Source: Haliotis cracherodii (lineage: Eukaryota). From it: a stretch of 64,000 nt of DNA. Each line of letters begins with the position of its first letter. The stretch's first letter is position 1. Location: positions 31,558,001 to 31,622,000 of the forward strand of contig NW_027266330.1 in assembly GCF_022045235.1 (NCBI RefSeq). Direction: 5' to 3'. The translations under genes and the position numbers were made by a program. Positions 13,240 to 27,069 of this stretch are shown piece by piece. Below the pieces are notes generated by a model. That model had not been told where the DNA came from. It did not search any database and was given only the letters and a program-made list of their open reading frames with translations.

Positions 13240-13795
13240 CACTCTTCAAAAAAAAAAAAACGCACAGGTAGTATGTAATTCATTGAACCTGACTACACAA
13301 GAAATCAGGTATATAAATTGGATACCTCTTATTGAAAAATGTTGGTGGCCTCATATTCGACAAACGGTGCGTCAAAACGCACAGCCATTGTCGATTTGCA
13401 ATGTCTTAAACGGTATTATTTTCACGCTTGTTCAAAAATGTCATGGAGGAAAACAGTAAAGCAAAATACACGTGCAAGTTATGGCATTCGTAACTCGTGG
13501 TAGTGGTTATAAAAAGGCAATCATAAGCCAATAATTTGTCGTTCAATTGTCAACATTTTTCAAGTTTAAAAATGCCGAGACTCAGCGCTGTCGATTGGAA
13601 CATCGCCATAGGACGTATCCAAAGAGGGGAATCGAAGTGCTCTGTTGCACGTCACTTTAACGTCTACCACAGCACCATTTGCCGCCTTTGGGACCGATAC
13701 AAACAGTTCAATTCCACTGCAGACCGTATATCGACTTAATCAGGTACAATAAATTTAATAAAAAGCTACCTGTGCGTTTCTTTTTTTGAAGAGTG
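13240..13795 (+). mobile_element. Internally deleted Tc1/mariner element
   Basis: TIRs CACTCTTCAAAAAA...CGCACAGGTAG and CTACCTGTGCGTTTCTTTTTTTGAAGAGTG, TA on both sides; N-terminal transposase HTH (MPRLS...VARHFNVYHSTICRLWDRY) at ~13572-13730. Confidence 0.85.
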
Positions 13796-14195
13796 TATAA
13801 GAGTCGAACGAATGTGAGATGACAAATATCTATAGTAGAGAATGAACTTTATCTTTAATTGTAAATACACTGTTATTGCTGATAATAAACTGCCTGACAT
13901 TAGTAAGTACACACCCATGTTTGATGGTGACTAAAAGTGAAACAAACAAGAAAGTTTTGCCAACTGTTTTCAACCTGGTAAAGTTTTGATAACGTTAGTA
14001 ATTTGTTGGTCAAATCCAATTTTCAAGTGTATAATACTTTTGCCTCGACAGTTTATTTGAATCGTATTTTATTTTGATAGCCATGCTTAACATGTTGTCA
14101 CATGATATTTAGTCTAGTTTGAGCGCTGGTGTGCGAGGGGAAAACGAGGGCCTCGCATATATTGCCCTGTATTCACAATTTTCTTTATCAGCAAA

Positions 14196-14361
14196 GGGGC
14201 AGTGGGTAGCCTAGTGGTCAAAGCGGTCGCTCGTCACGCCGAAGCCCCGGGTTCGATTCCCAACATGGGTACAATGTGTGAAGCCCATTTTTGGTGTCCC
14301 CCGCCATGATATTGCTGGAACATTTCTAAAAGCGGCGTAAAACCATACTCACTCACTCACT
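14196..14361 (+). mobile_element. SINE family A
   Basis: Matches the family A consensus. Confidence 0.85.
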
Positions 14362-14679
14362 CCCAAATTCTCTACTTGATTTCTCTAACATTGAGGCAGT
14401 TATCAATCTGTACCTTCGTGATTTAGTCTTCATACACGCATGGGAACCTCGCATTACACAAAGCAATAGCTGTGATACCAAGAAATTGTCGATTTATGAC
14501 TATTTAATAGTGATTAGTACAGACGGTATAGTATAGCGGTAATATAGTCGGAATCTTACAATGGACTTTTATTCACCAAGAAGGCCGATGCGTTATTTCT
14601 TAACGATACGTGTGAACGTTTGGAGGTATTCGCAGCTTAAACAAGGTAATTGAAATACTATCAGGAAATATAGGATTGC

Positions 14680-15230
14680 TACGCTATTACTTACAATGAC
14701 CAATGAAGAACAAAACGTGGTTTATTTCACGATAAAACATTATTCTATCATGATGTCATTTCTGGAGATTCGAGCAAGCGCTCGCAACTTGATGACGTCG
14801 TATGTTTCATGACGTTATGTTTTAGAGGGGAGTGTCCAGTGAGTTGTTCGCCACAGATGTAGCTGGGCAACGCAGATAAACACGATGACAGAGCGATCGC
14901 ATCCAAGACCGTGAGATATATAACAATGCGTATTTGGGAGAAAAGGTACGGGTAATCGACGTAAGAATTGTGAGAATATGCGGGAAATATCCAACTGTAC
15001 ATAAAATGGACATGACCGAGGTCGGATTCTATTGAGGGAGTCATCATTATTTAAATAGGGGTTAATATTTTTTAAGTTTGTACATTTTATCAACATCCTT
15101 AAAGAGGGTGTAGGAGAATAAACCACTCGGGGCTGCGGCCCTCATGGTTTATACTGCCTGCAGTGTTTTATTGTAGGATAAACAACTCCCACTCGTCGTA
15201 TGTCCCTGCTGTGCTCTCTCTTTCTTAATA
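14680..15230. mobile_element. Dispersed non-autonomous repeat; inverted copy at ~33490-33980, fragments at ~15460-15590 and ~34600-34660
   Basis: CATGATGTCATTTCTGGAGATTCG at ~14749 corresponds to the reverse complement of CGAATCTCCAGAAATGACGTCATG at ~33894; shared CTGCAGTGTTTTA motif. Confidence 0.7.
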
Positions 15231-16199
15231 TTTCAGCACATAACATGAATATGTAGGGTGAAAGCGGGTCACCTTGGCGACAGCTTTTTAAAAGTACTCA
15301 ACACCTGTGATCATTACCAACATATTGGATTGAATTTCGTGTTATCCAATTCCAAACAGCCTTTCTGTTTTGACTAAATGTGTAAACTACATTATCCTCG
15401 GGGTTCTGGCTCGCGGTTTTACATTTTCAACCAAAACATCGGAGTCGTGTTTTATTCTCAACATAAAACACTGCAGGGAGAAAAAACACGAGGGGCGTTG
15501 TGTTCTCCCTCCTGTGTTTTATTGAATTTTCATGTCGATTATCTGTACCTTTTCTCCCAATACTGATTGTCATATCTCATATTCTCTCCCTAGGTGTTGT
15601 GTAGCAGAAAACACATATTCCATGAACTACCATAGTTACAGCAGGTATCGCTTGCAGAGTTGCGCCCCTTGCGTGCCAGAAACCTATGACCAACGATTGG
15701 ACGACCAGATTCATCCTTTAATGTTTTCCGTTTGCCAGTGTCATACCCGTGTTACACAAATGTGGTAAATGTCTACGATCTGCATCATTCGGAGTGCATC
15801 TGTCGTTTACACTTGAGGTAAACATGTAGAGAGACGCTGCTGTATATTAACAACAGGTGTGACCAGTCATGCGATGAGAGATCTTATGAGTGAAAAATCA
15901 CAGTTTGACTTCTTAATACATTTTAAAACCTCAGCATCTTAGGTCCATAAAATACGATTCATGAAGTGCAACGATGGCCGGATGTTCCTTCTGCGCTCCA
16001 GCAATGATGGCGAACTGATGCTTGAGAGCTGGGCACATGAATGTATGGTATCAACTTTTGTTCAATTAAATTTTCAATCTATCGTGGGTTGGTTGTTTGT
16101 TGTTTAACGCCGCACACAGCAATATTCCAGCTATATGACGGCGGTCTGTTAATCATTGAGTCTGGACCAGACAATCCAGTGGTTAATATGATGAGAATA

Positions 16200-16735
16200 T
16201 GTAGAGGACGTCATGGAAAATGATAAATACAAAATGTTTTGGAATAGGTCCGTTTACAGCCTCAGACGTATGCAGGCCAACAAACCTGATCTTGTCCTTT
16301 TTGATAAATCCAATGAAATAATTTATATTATTGAATTTTCTGTCCCTTTTGACACCAATGTGATTGACAAGATTGAGGAAAAACATGGCAAATATGCGGA
16401 CCTCGCTTTTGAAATGTCACGCTTGCATCCCAAGTTGTCTGACTCCCCATCATTGTCTGACTCCCAATATGTTGACTGACATTGGAAGAGTACCCGGGTT
16501 TGCTGCCAGGAATTCAGCCCTTCTGACAATCTGTGTAATGCAGAAGGATGCAGTATTGGGGAGTCGTAACATTCTCCGAAAAGTTCAGGGTTGGTTTGAC
16601 AAGGCAGCGCTTCCTGGGAGAAGTCCCATTCGCTGTCTGGGCTGCGTGTAGAGGGGTCAAGGGTCCTGAGCCTGACCAGCCTGACTGTGCCAGGATCACC
16701 CAAACCCTCTTTGCTTCATTTTATATTTTATTTGG
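16200..16735 (+). mobile_element. 5'-truncated, decayed non-LTR retrotransposon with restriction-like endonuclease (R4/Dong-like)
   Basis: NKPDLVLFDK...IIEFSVPFD...EEKHGKY is an RLE PD-(D/E)xK region; the frameshifted C-terminus reads MQKDAVLGSRNILRKV; directly followed by (AAT)n. Confidence 0.75.
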
Positions 16736-16741
16736 ATAATG

Positions 16742-16799
<58 letters not shown>

Positions 16800-16815
16800 T
16801 AATAATAATAATAAT
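16736..16815. repeat. (AAT)n microsatellite
   Basis: Seen directly. Confidence 0.95.
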
Positions 16816-16889
16816 TTTTTTTTTTTTAAATTCACCCTACTGGAAAGGGTGGGGTGTACACTATCATATTGTTTATTAAAATTGTCTGT

Positions 16890-17505
16890 TCATTAGAATA
16901 ATATAATGTTGGTTATAGTAATAGAACATTGTTTCTAATGATAGAATTGTGTTCATTATAATACTGCAACAGTTTATAATAACAGAATGGTGTTTATTAT
17001 AAAATGTTATTTCAGAATAATAGAATATTCTTGATAATAATATAATGGGGTTCAATACTGTTCATGATAATATAATGTTGTTTATAATAGAATGATGTTA
17101 ATACCAACAGAATGTTATAATACAAAGCTATAAATAATAATATAATGTTTTTTTTAGGAAACGGAATGTTATTTATAGTAATGTAGAAAAGTGTTTTTGA
17201 TAATATAATGGTGTTTATGACAAAAGAATGTTATTTATAATCAAAGAGAATGGTGTTTATAATAATACAATGGTGTTTTAAATAATACAGTGGAGTGTAT
17301 GATAAAAGAGTGAGTGAGTGAGTGAGTATGGTTTTACGCCGCTTTTAGCAATATTCCAGCAACATCATGGCGGGGGACACCACAAATGGGCTTCACACAT
17401 TGTACCCATGTCGGGAATCGAACCCGGGTCTTCGGCGTGACGAGCGAACGCTTTAACCACTAGGCTACCCGACCGCCCCGTATGATAATAGAATGGTGTT
17501 TACAA
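16890..17505. repeat. Degenerate AT-rich ~17-20 bp tandem repeat (ATAATAGAATGTTGTTT-like) interrupted by SINE A at 17309-17479
   Basis: Repeated ATAAT(A/G)GAATG motif; SINE TSD GTATGATAA(A/T)AGA. Confidence 0.7.
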
Positions 17506-17946
17506 TATGGAGATGGGATGGAGATAGACTACAGTACTAACCAGTTTCGCGAACACTACAATTTTAATTTTAGTGAAGACACATTTATTTGCCAGGACTC
17601 CTGTCATGTCACGTAGCTAGGATGTGAGTAAGAATAACCTGTCTCATCGTAGCCATCACATATATGATTGTATCTGTTCAATTTGGATATTAATACCACT
17701 TCTACCCCAGGGTATTCTGTGCCACTGCTATGGTAAGCTACACGTCAGAGAGAAGGACCACGAGATGCTGTCTGAAGGGTACGACTTTGCCACCAAACTT
17801 AGAACTGATCGCGGCGGGACCAAGGATATGTGACACCTGCCCGACGAAGATGGATGCTGAGACGGCCGATTCAATAACTTGTTTTGCGCAGGGGACGGAA
17901 TAACTAAAACTGTAGATGACCTTGTGACTGTCACCATTCAGTGTCT

Positions 17947-18105
17947 NNNNNNNNNNNNNNNNNNNNNNNNNNNNNNNNNNNNNNNNNNNNNNNNNNNNNN
18001 NNNNNNNNNNNNNNNNNNNNNNNNNNNNNNNNNNNNNNNNNNNNNNNNNNNNNNNNNNNNNNNNNNNNNNNNNNNNNNNNNNNNNNNNNNNNNNNNNNNN
18101 NNNNT
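17947..18105. other. Assembly gap
   Basis: Run of N. Confidence 1.
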
Positions 18106-18724
18106 TCGCACATAAAAAGGTTGATCATGAAACAGTTCATTTGACATTAGCTTTGTAAACTCTGCCACATACCCACAAACTGCTGATGTGGGCAAGAGAT
18201 CTTATCGTGCATTTTCCCACCTGAATCTGAACAGACACCAACAGCATATAGATATATGGGTTTTACTTTTAGGTGTTTAATAGTTGCGCTCAATATTCAA
18301 GAAAATGTCTGAACAAAAAAATATAATAGAATCAAATTGTCCCTGAAAATATCTTGACAGAAATTGCCTGCCATAATAGATTACAATTTACAGCTTAACC
18401 TAAAGTTCCTAAAATATATCAGAGGAAAGTTGGTGGCATACAATGTCAGGATCTCTTCAGACTATCTAACAAGAGATGTGAAATACAATTGCCGTTGGAT
18501 ACACCTTAGACCAGACAGTTTCTGGTTAATCAGCACAGCGGATCGTGGCGCCTTAGACGACTCGGCCACCCGTGCCCCTTATAAATCTTAGAACGTACCC
18601 TGATTCAATCGACGCAACGAGTAGACATTTGAAACGCCTTCCTCGGATCAACTTTGCTAAATAAGTACGCCCTACGACGTTTCGATGGAGGTGCTTGCTG
18701 TGCAAAGGCTAAAACGAGACAGTT

Positions 18725-18903
18725 GGGCAGCCTAGTAGTTAAAACATTGGCTAGTCACGCCAAAGACTCGGGTTCGATTCCCAACATTGGTACAATATGT
18801 GAAGCCAATTTTCCGGTGACTCCGTCATGATATTGCTGGAATATTGCTAAAACGGCGTAATACCTCACTCACTCACTCACTCACTCACTCACTCACTCAC
18901 TCA
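18725..18903 (+). mobile_element. SINE family A (diverged)
   Basis: B-box GGTTCGATTCC, shared tail, (ACTC)n. Confidence 0.8.
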
Positions 18904-19129
18904 TATGCTAAAACATGATCCGAGGTTTGGGTTGAATTAGCAAAACATCAGGTAAGCAGTGACCTAACGTCAGCTGGTTACTGGTATTGACCAAACGTAA
19001 GCTAGTTATTGACCTAGCGTTACCCAGTTATCCGACATATGAACTGTTGAAACAACATTAAATTCATATATATTTGCTATGACTTATAGTAGTGCGTGAC
19101 GACAGTCTTAAGAAACGCTCGTAAAATAT

Positions 19130-22100
19130 ATAGGAAAAATTCGCTAAACACGGTACCTTCAAATGAAGCACATATCTTCAACCACTACCGTAGTTTAGAG
19201 TTAAGCGTGCCTAACTACTAGGAAATATTCGCCAACCATGGTACCTTCTAATGAAGCACATATATTCAACCACTACCGTAGTTTAGATTTAAGTGTGCCT
19301 AACTACTAGAAAATATTCGCTGAACATGGTACCTTCTAATGAATCACACATCTTCAACCAGTTCTGTAGTATAGAGTTAAGTGTGCCTAACTACTAGGAA
19401 ATATTCGCTAAACATGGTACCTTCTAATGAAGCAAATATATTCAACCACTACTGTAGTTTAGAGTTAAGCGTGCCTTACTACTAGGACTTATTCGCTAAA
19501 CGTAGTACCTTCTAATGAAGCAAATATATTCAACCACTACTGTAGTATAGAGTTAAGCGTGCCTAACTACTAGAACATATTCGCTAAACATGGTACCTTC
19601 TAATGAATCACATATCTTCAACCAGTTCGGTAGTATAGAGTTAAACGTGCCTAACTACTAGAAAATATTCGATAAACATGGTACCTTCTAATGAAGCACA
19701 TATCTTCAACATGTATTCATATCTTCAACCACTACTGTAGTTTAGAGTTAAGCATGCCTAACTACTAGGAAATATTCGCTAACCATGGTACCTTCTAATG
19801 AAGCACATGTGTTCAACCACTACCGTAGTATAGATTTAAGTGTTCCTAACTACTAGAAAATATTTGCTGAACATGGTACCTTCTAATGAAGCACATATCT
19901 TCAACCAGTTCGGTAGTAGAGAGTTAAGTGTGCCTAACTACTAGGAAACATTCGCTAACCATGGTACCTTCTAATGAAGCACATATCTTCAACCAGTTCG
20001 GTAGTATAGAGTTAAGTGTGCCTAACTACTAGGAAATATTCGCTAAACATGGTACCTTCTAATGAAGCACATATCTTCAACCGCTACTGTAGTTTAGAGT
20101 TAAGCGTGCCTAACTACTAGGAAAAATTCACTAAACATGGTACCTTCTAATGAAGCACATATCTTCAACCACTACTGTAGTTTAGAGTTAAGCGTGCCTA
20201 ACTACATGGAAAAATTCACTAAACATGGTACCTTCTAATGAAGCACATATCTTCAACCGCTACTGTAGTTTAGAGTTAAGCGTGCCTAACTACTAGGAAA
20301 AATTCACTAAACATGGTACCTTCTAATGAAGCACATATCTTCAACCACTACTGTAGTTTAGAGTTAAGCGTGCCTAACTACATGGAAAAATTCACTAAAC
20401 ATGGTACCTTCTAATGAAGCACATATCTTCAACCGCTACTGTAGTTTAGAGTTAAGCGTGCCTAACTACTAGGAAAAATTCACTAAACATGGTACCTTCT
20501 AATGAAGCACATATCTTCAACCACTACTGTAGTTTAGAGTTAAGCGTGCCTAACTACATGGAAAAATTCACTAAACATGGTACCTTCTAATGAAGCACAT
20601 ATCTTCAACCACTACTGTAGTTTAGAGTTAAGCGTGCCTAACTACTAGGAAAAATTCACTAAACATGGTACCTTCTAATGAAGCACATATCTTCAACCGC
20701 TACTGTAGTTTAGAGTTAAGCGTGCCTAACTACTAGGAAATATTCTCTAAACATGGTACCTTCTAATGAAGCACATATCTTCAACCACTACTGTAGTTTA
20801 GAGTTAAGCGTGCCTAACTACATGGAAAAATTCACTAAACATGGTACCTTCTAATGAAGCACATATCTTCAACCGCTACTGTAGTTTAGAGTTAAGCGTG
20901 CCTAACTACTAGGAAAAATTCACTAAACATGGTACCTTCTAATGAAGCACATATCTTCAACCGCTACTGTAGTTTAGAGTTAAGCGTGCCTAACTACTAG
21001 GAAATATTCTCTAAACATGGTACCTTCTAATGAAGCACATATCTTCAACCGCTACTGTAGTTTAGAGTTAAGTGTGCCTAACTACTAGGAAATATTCTCT
21101 AAACATAGTACCTTCTAGTGAAGCACATATCTTCAACCGCTACTGTAGTTTAGAGTTAAGCGTGCCTAACTACTAGGAAATATTCTCTAAACATAGTACC
21201 TTCTAGTGAAGCACATATCTTCAACCGCTACTGTAGTTTAGAGTTAAGCGTGCCTAACTACTAGGAAATATTCTCTAAACATAGTACCTTCTAGTGAAGC
21301 ACATATCTTCAACCGCTACTGTAGTTTAGAGTTAAGCGTGCCTAACTACTAGGAAATATTCTCTAAACATGGTACCTTCTAGTGAAGCACATATCTTCAA
21401 CCGCTACTGTAGTTTAGAGTTAAGCGTGCCTAACTACTAGGAAATATTCTCTAAACATAGTACCTTCTAGTGAAGCACATATCTTCAACCGCTACTGTAG
21501 TTTAGAGTTAAGCGTGCCTAACTACTAGGAAATATTCTCTAAACATAGTACCTTCTAATGAAGCAAATATATTCAACCACTACTGTAGTTTAGAGTTAAG
21601 CGTGCCTTACTACTAGGACTTATTCGCTAAACGTAGTACCTTCTAATGAAGCACATATCTTCAACCACTACTGTAGTTTAGAGTTAAGCGTGCCTAACTA
21701 CTAGGAAATATTCGCCAACCATGGTTCCTTCTAATGAAGCACATATATTCAACCACTACCGTAGTTTAGATTTAAGTGTTCCTAACTACTAGAAAATATT
21801 TGCTGAACATGGTACCTTCTAATGAATCACACATCTTCAACCAGTTCTGTAGTATAGAGTTAAGTGTGCCTAACTACTAGGAAATATTCTCTAAACATGG
21901 TACCTTCTAATGAAGCACATATCTTCAACCACTACTGTAGTTTAGAGTTAAGCGTGCCTAACTACTAGGAAATATTCGCTAACCATGGTACCTTCTAATG
22001 AAGCACATATCTCCAACCACTACTGTAGTTTAGAGTTAAGCGTGCCTAACTACTAGGAAATATTCTCTAAACATGGTACCTTCTAGTGAAGCACATATCT

Positions 22101-22890
22101 TCAACCGCTACTGTAGTTTAGAGTTAAGCGTGCCTAACTACTAGGAAATATTCTCTAAACATGGTACCTTCTAGTGAAGCACATATCTTCAACCGCTACT
22201 GTAGTTTAGAGTTAAGCGTGCCTAACTACTAGGAAATATTCTCTAAACATGGTACCTTCTAGTGAAGCACATATCTTCAACCGCTACTGTAGTTTAGAGT
22301 TAAGCGTGCCTAACTACTAGGAAATATTCTCTAAACATGGTACCTTCTAGTGAAGCACATATCTTCAACCGCTACTGTAGTTTAGAGTTAAGCGTGCCTA
22401 ACTACTAGGAAATATTCTCTAAACATGGTACCTTCTAGTGAAGCACATATCTTCAACCGCTACTGTAGTTTAGAGTTAAGCGTGCCTAACTACTAGGAAA
22501 TATTCTCTAAACATGGTACCTTCTAATGAAGCACATATCTTCAACCGCTACTGTAGTTTAGAGTTAAGCGTGCCTAACTACTAGGAAAAATTCACTAAAC
22601 ATGGTACCTTCTAATGAAGCACATATCTTCAACCACTACTGTAGTTTAGAGTTAAGCGTGCCTAACTACTAGGAAAAATTCACTAAACATAGTACCTTCT
22701 AATGAAGCACATATCTTCAACCACTACTGTAGTTTAGAGTTAAGCGTGCCTAACTACTAGGAAATATTCGCTGAACATGGTACCTTCTAATGAAGCACAT
22801 ATCTTCAACCACTACTGTAGTTTAGAGTTAAGCGTGCCTAACTACTAGGAAATATTCGCTGAACATGGTACCTTCTAGTGAAGCACATAT
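19130..22890. repeat. 88-bp satellite array, ~43 copies
   Basis: CATGGTACCTTCTAATGAAGCACATATCTTCAACC... recurs every 88 bp (20048, 20136). Confidence 0.95.
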
Positions 22891-24059
22891 ATGTTGTTTC
22901 TTGTACAGGACAAAGACTGTTGTTTCTTGTACACTTTATTCATTTAATGAGATTATCTGATCCAGATTCAGTCATTCACAGGTTGTCGGCATACAGCTGG
23001 AACAATATGGTGTGACACGTACAATTTACTGAATTCAGGCAAGCAAATATATGCTATGTAAGGTGAGTATAAGTCTATGTCGCCAAAGGACTAAGCACAG
23101 TTTACATATAAGGCATATAAACTGAGATCGTGTCTATCTAATTTAAAATTAAAAGAGCTGATGTTAAATTTGATAATGTCTATTTAACAATTACTCATTC
23201 CTGCAACAGTTTGTAAAAAGTAATCTGTGGCTAGGTAAATTTGTGTAAGTTTAAATGATTGAATAAAGACAAGGGTAAGAAATGAATTTGCAGCCACATG
23301 ACTATACCTTGTTTTATATGTAAATTTGTGACCAAAAAACATTTTTTTTTTTTCAAATATAAGATGTCTAAGATAACCTTCAGTAGTTATTTTTTATGAT
23401 ATTTATTTTTATTTATTTTTTTTAAATTTGAAGGAAATTACATTGCAAAATATATAACCATCTATAAACACTCTTTGAGTGCTCACTAAACACCAGTACA
23501 GTTTATTTTCTGGATATAATATGGCGGACTTAAAGTATTTTAAATTGAAAATCAAATATGTGATAAAATATACAGAGAGGTGTATAACTCAGATATTCAA
23601 AGTGGTAAAACACTTGACAAGAAAACAGTGATGCAGAGCATTAAAATCTCGCCACATCTTGGCATCAGTATAATTACTATGGTGAAAAGTGTTTTGAAAC
23701 CTCGTTTTGAACTACACTGTACTGTTCAGTAGGATTATAACACTCGACCTTATGAAGGTCTTCGAAATCGCTGGACATTGAAGGTCAAGTGAATTGTATG
23801 TCAAAGTATTCCTGTTCGACTCATAAGTCGAGTTTCATAAAAATTACTGACAAATTAATGAAGTATGTATGAGAAATTAATCTCTCCATTTTAATATCAA
23901 TCCGACTTGCCGCCCAAGAAATAGTTCCAAAATAAAAGTTTAAAAATGTATAAAATGACAAATAGCAAAAGGCACGTTCAACACTTTACTGGTGAGTGTA
24001 CATAGTACTACGTCATGGTCCCGAAGCAAAGCCTGTCCTCTTTGTAACCTCTAAATCTA

Positions 24060-24310
24060 TGAGTCAGTGAGGGGCAACGTCGCCTTTAACAGTATTCCAG
24101 TCATATCACGGCCTGTCAGCTTGAAGTGGGAGGAAAGCCCGAAGTGATGCAGGTCTCAGACGTTTGCCACTTCGGTGAGGTCCACGAGCACGGGTATGGT
24201 GCTGACAAACCTAGAAACATAATCGGGGACAACAGGGATTCGAACATAGGTTTCTGGCAACTCTTCACAGCGGATTGAGGCGCCTTTGACATAGGATGCC
24301 ACCCGTGCCT
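24060..24310 (-). mobile_element. SINE family C (diverged)
   Basis: Similar to 787-1062. Confidence 0.8.
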
Positions 24311-25050
24311 CCTATAAATTTCAGAATGTAACCAGGTTCAATCGACGAAACATCGAGGAACGATATCGATAAATACATAAAAAACGCCTTCTCCCGATAA
24401 ACCTTGCGAAAAAGGTACGACCTACGACGTTTAATGGAGAATGTATGCATGGAAACGGTACATAAAATGAAACATAAAAACATTGATACGAAGCATGGAA
24501 CACATATGAAAGTATTGCGTCATTTACATCAAACACCACAGCCAAATACATGATATGTTCGCGTTGTTAAAAGTGATGTCCATCCTGTTAGGTTATGGTA
24601 CACCATCGATGAATGTCAACATTAAAAATAATAATATATCATCACCACACATGTAAATATAAATTGATTATATGATTTTAGTATTTCGTATATAAAGATT
24701 ATTTTGACAGCATAGCTACGTTCTTTTCTATTTATTACGGAAGCGCCAAGCAAGTTTGGACATTCGAAATACTGTCTCCTCTTATTATTGTGGATCAATA
24801 TCTAAAAAGAGTTGAATTCAAGGCGTCTTGTATACATCTTATATGTACAACAGATATATCAGAGTAGATGAAAAAACACACTTTGAACATACACATATTT
24901 CCATCCCATACACTTAAGTCCCATTGTCCAAACGTATGAACGCCAAGGACTCCAGCCACTTAAGGCTGCTAGAGAATGAAGTACATTATGAGAAATTACG
25001 CGTCATATATGGAGGACAATAAGTTAACATGAAGACGTGAAGCTTCTATA

Positions 25051-26619
25051 CACAAAGACAAAAGTTAAGCACATCCCTATATCTGAACCATGACAAATGG
25101 CAAAAATCACGGCATGGAATGACTGACCACAGGATCTGGGCGATACCAATGTCATCGGATAGAACAAACATTTGACAACAAATAAAGAAGATATTGGTGA
25201 GTTGTGATTGACATTTACTGACAAAAACATCAGGGTAACACAGGTACAGTTTTTGATCTTAGACAATACCATAAAAAAATATGGAGCTGCGGGATTACGT
25301 AAACGAGTTACGTTAGAAGTTTCATGTGAAATTGTTCCTTAAAGTCTCTACTTGACATGACACGTGAAACAGATCAGTAGCGGGTATAACCGCCACGTGC
25401 CCGGGTGACGCATTTCACCCTACGTCTCATGCCTCCAGTCAGACGTTGGATCTGTTGATGGGTCAACAACAACCACTCTTGATGTACTGCTGCCTCCAAT
25501 TGATGTACAGGAGGATCTCGTGCCTGTATGCGCCGCCCCAGAATATCCCAAACATGTTCAAGGGGGTTCAAATCTGGGCTCATTGCTGGCCAGGGTAGAG
25601 TCGTTATTGCATTGGCCCTCATGTAATCCACGACTGCATGCGAACGATGAGGCCTGGCATTGTCATCCATGTACTGAGGTCGAGTAGCAGGTTGGTGGTT
25701 GTCAAAATGAGGAACGACTACTGGTCTCAAATCGCCCCGGATGTACTGAGACCTTGTTAAGTTGCCCCTTATGGTGACCAAATCCAACCTGCATCATAAG
25801 AGATACACCCCTAAACCATTACCGAGCCCCCGCCGTATGCAACAGACGGTTTAATGTTCCTGGGGGTGTAGGCCGTGTTCCGGCGCCTCCATTCGCTCGT
25901 CCTTCCATCAGTGACGTGGAGCAGAAAGCGACTTTCGTCTGACCAATGGATCCGACACCAAGTTCTCAGATTCCAGTTCTGTCGCGCAATACACCATGCT
26001 AAACGAGCAGCTTTGTGATGATATCTGAACAAGGGACGCTTTATGACGCGTCTAGTCCACAGTCTTCCTGACGGTTCTGGTGCTAAAACGACGATTTGGC
26101 AACTACAGCTGTTTCAGACGAGTACTTGTTAAAAAGGGTTCTCGGCGCATGAGACGAAGAAGGTCCCTGTCTTCGCGATATGTCGTCACAGGAGGTCTTC
26201 CGGGTCTAGGACGGCCCTGTACATCACCTGTCTGAGCATGTTTCTCGACTAAACGGCTTACGACAGTGTGACCAATGGCATTACAAGACATTCCTGCCTT
26301 ATGCATGCTGATTATTTGCCATCTTGTGGCGTTTGATGATCGCCTTCGTGCCATGGTCACACAATGTCATGGAATAACTGTTTAAAACCGAGCTTAAGAA
26401 AGCAATTTTAACGTTTGGATATACTGCTTCTAGCGATGTCGCACGGGAAGTGTAAGCTGAAGTATACCATGCATGGCACGTGAACTTTCGTCACGCACGA
26501 CTGATTGCATCATCTCGAGAAAACATAATTCTTCCCGTAATTATATCTTTCATGACTGTTACATATTGGGACCAAACAATAATGAAATATATTAGGGTGT
26601 GCTTAGCTTATTTCTTGTG
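25051..26619 (-). mobile_element. Full-length but decayed Tc1-family transposon (transposase pseudogene 26360-25374)
   Basis: HTH and GRPP motif, WSDESRF, DDNARPHR, WPAMSPDLNPLEHVW and GGYTRY* split over three ORFs; imperfect TIRs CACAAAGACAAAAGTTAAGCACATCCCTA and TAGGGTGTGCTTAGCTTATTTCTTGTG, each flanked by TA. Confidence 0.9.
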
Positions 26620-27069
26620 TATATTTGGGTAACAATTTCTCCCGGGCGGTGGTGTCGCTTGTCACACCGAAGGTCCACGTTCGATTCCCCATATAGGGTC
26701 GGGTGGTTTTGGGGGGGGGTAGAAATGGAAGGGTGTCTTGTCGCATCATCACATTACTCATTAAAATGGATGTTGCCGTGAAGTGATGCCGCTGACTGTA
26801 TACGTTTGACCTATTTCCCAGCCAGAAAACAGAGGGCTGCTGTATCAGAGCTGAAATTTCCACACACAACATTCCCATTTACAACTGAGTATCTGGTACT
26901 GGTGTGATGATTTGAGACATCTTAATATTCAGTATTTGTTTAGTCATTATCCACAATTGCATCATCGGTTGTTTCCACAGCAAAGTGTTGACAGTGTCTC
27001 GTTTTTAAACATAACCAGCAGAAAAGTTATTATACTGCATATAATAAGAACCATGATCATCACGTGGGA

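Noticed and set aside
17700-17946. Coding-like sequence before the first gap
   Set aside because: In-frame stops and no recognisable motif; cannot be assigned.
19130-22890. CRISPR-like array (also considered for 30342-31295 and 31607-32900)
   Set aside because: No unique spacers and no cas genes; these are eukaryotic satellites.
22980-23065. Possible small exon (CACAG...AAG|GTGAGT)
   Set aside because: No partner exons or recognisable peptide found.
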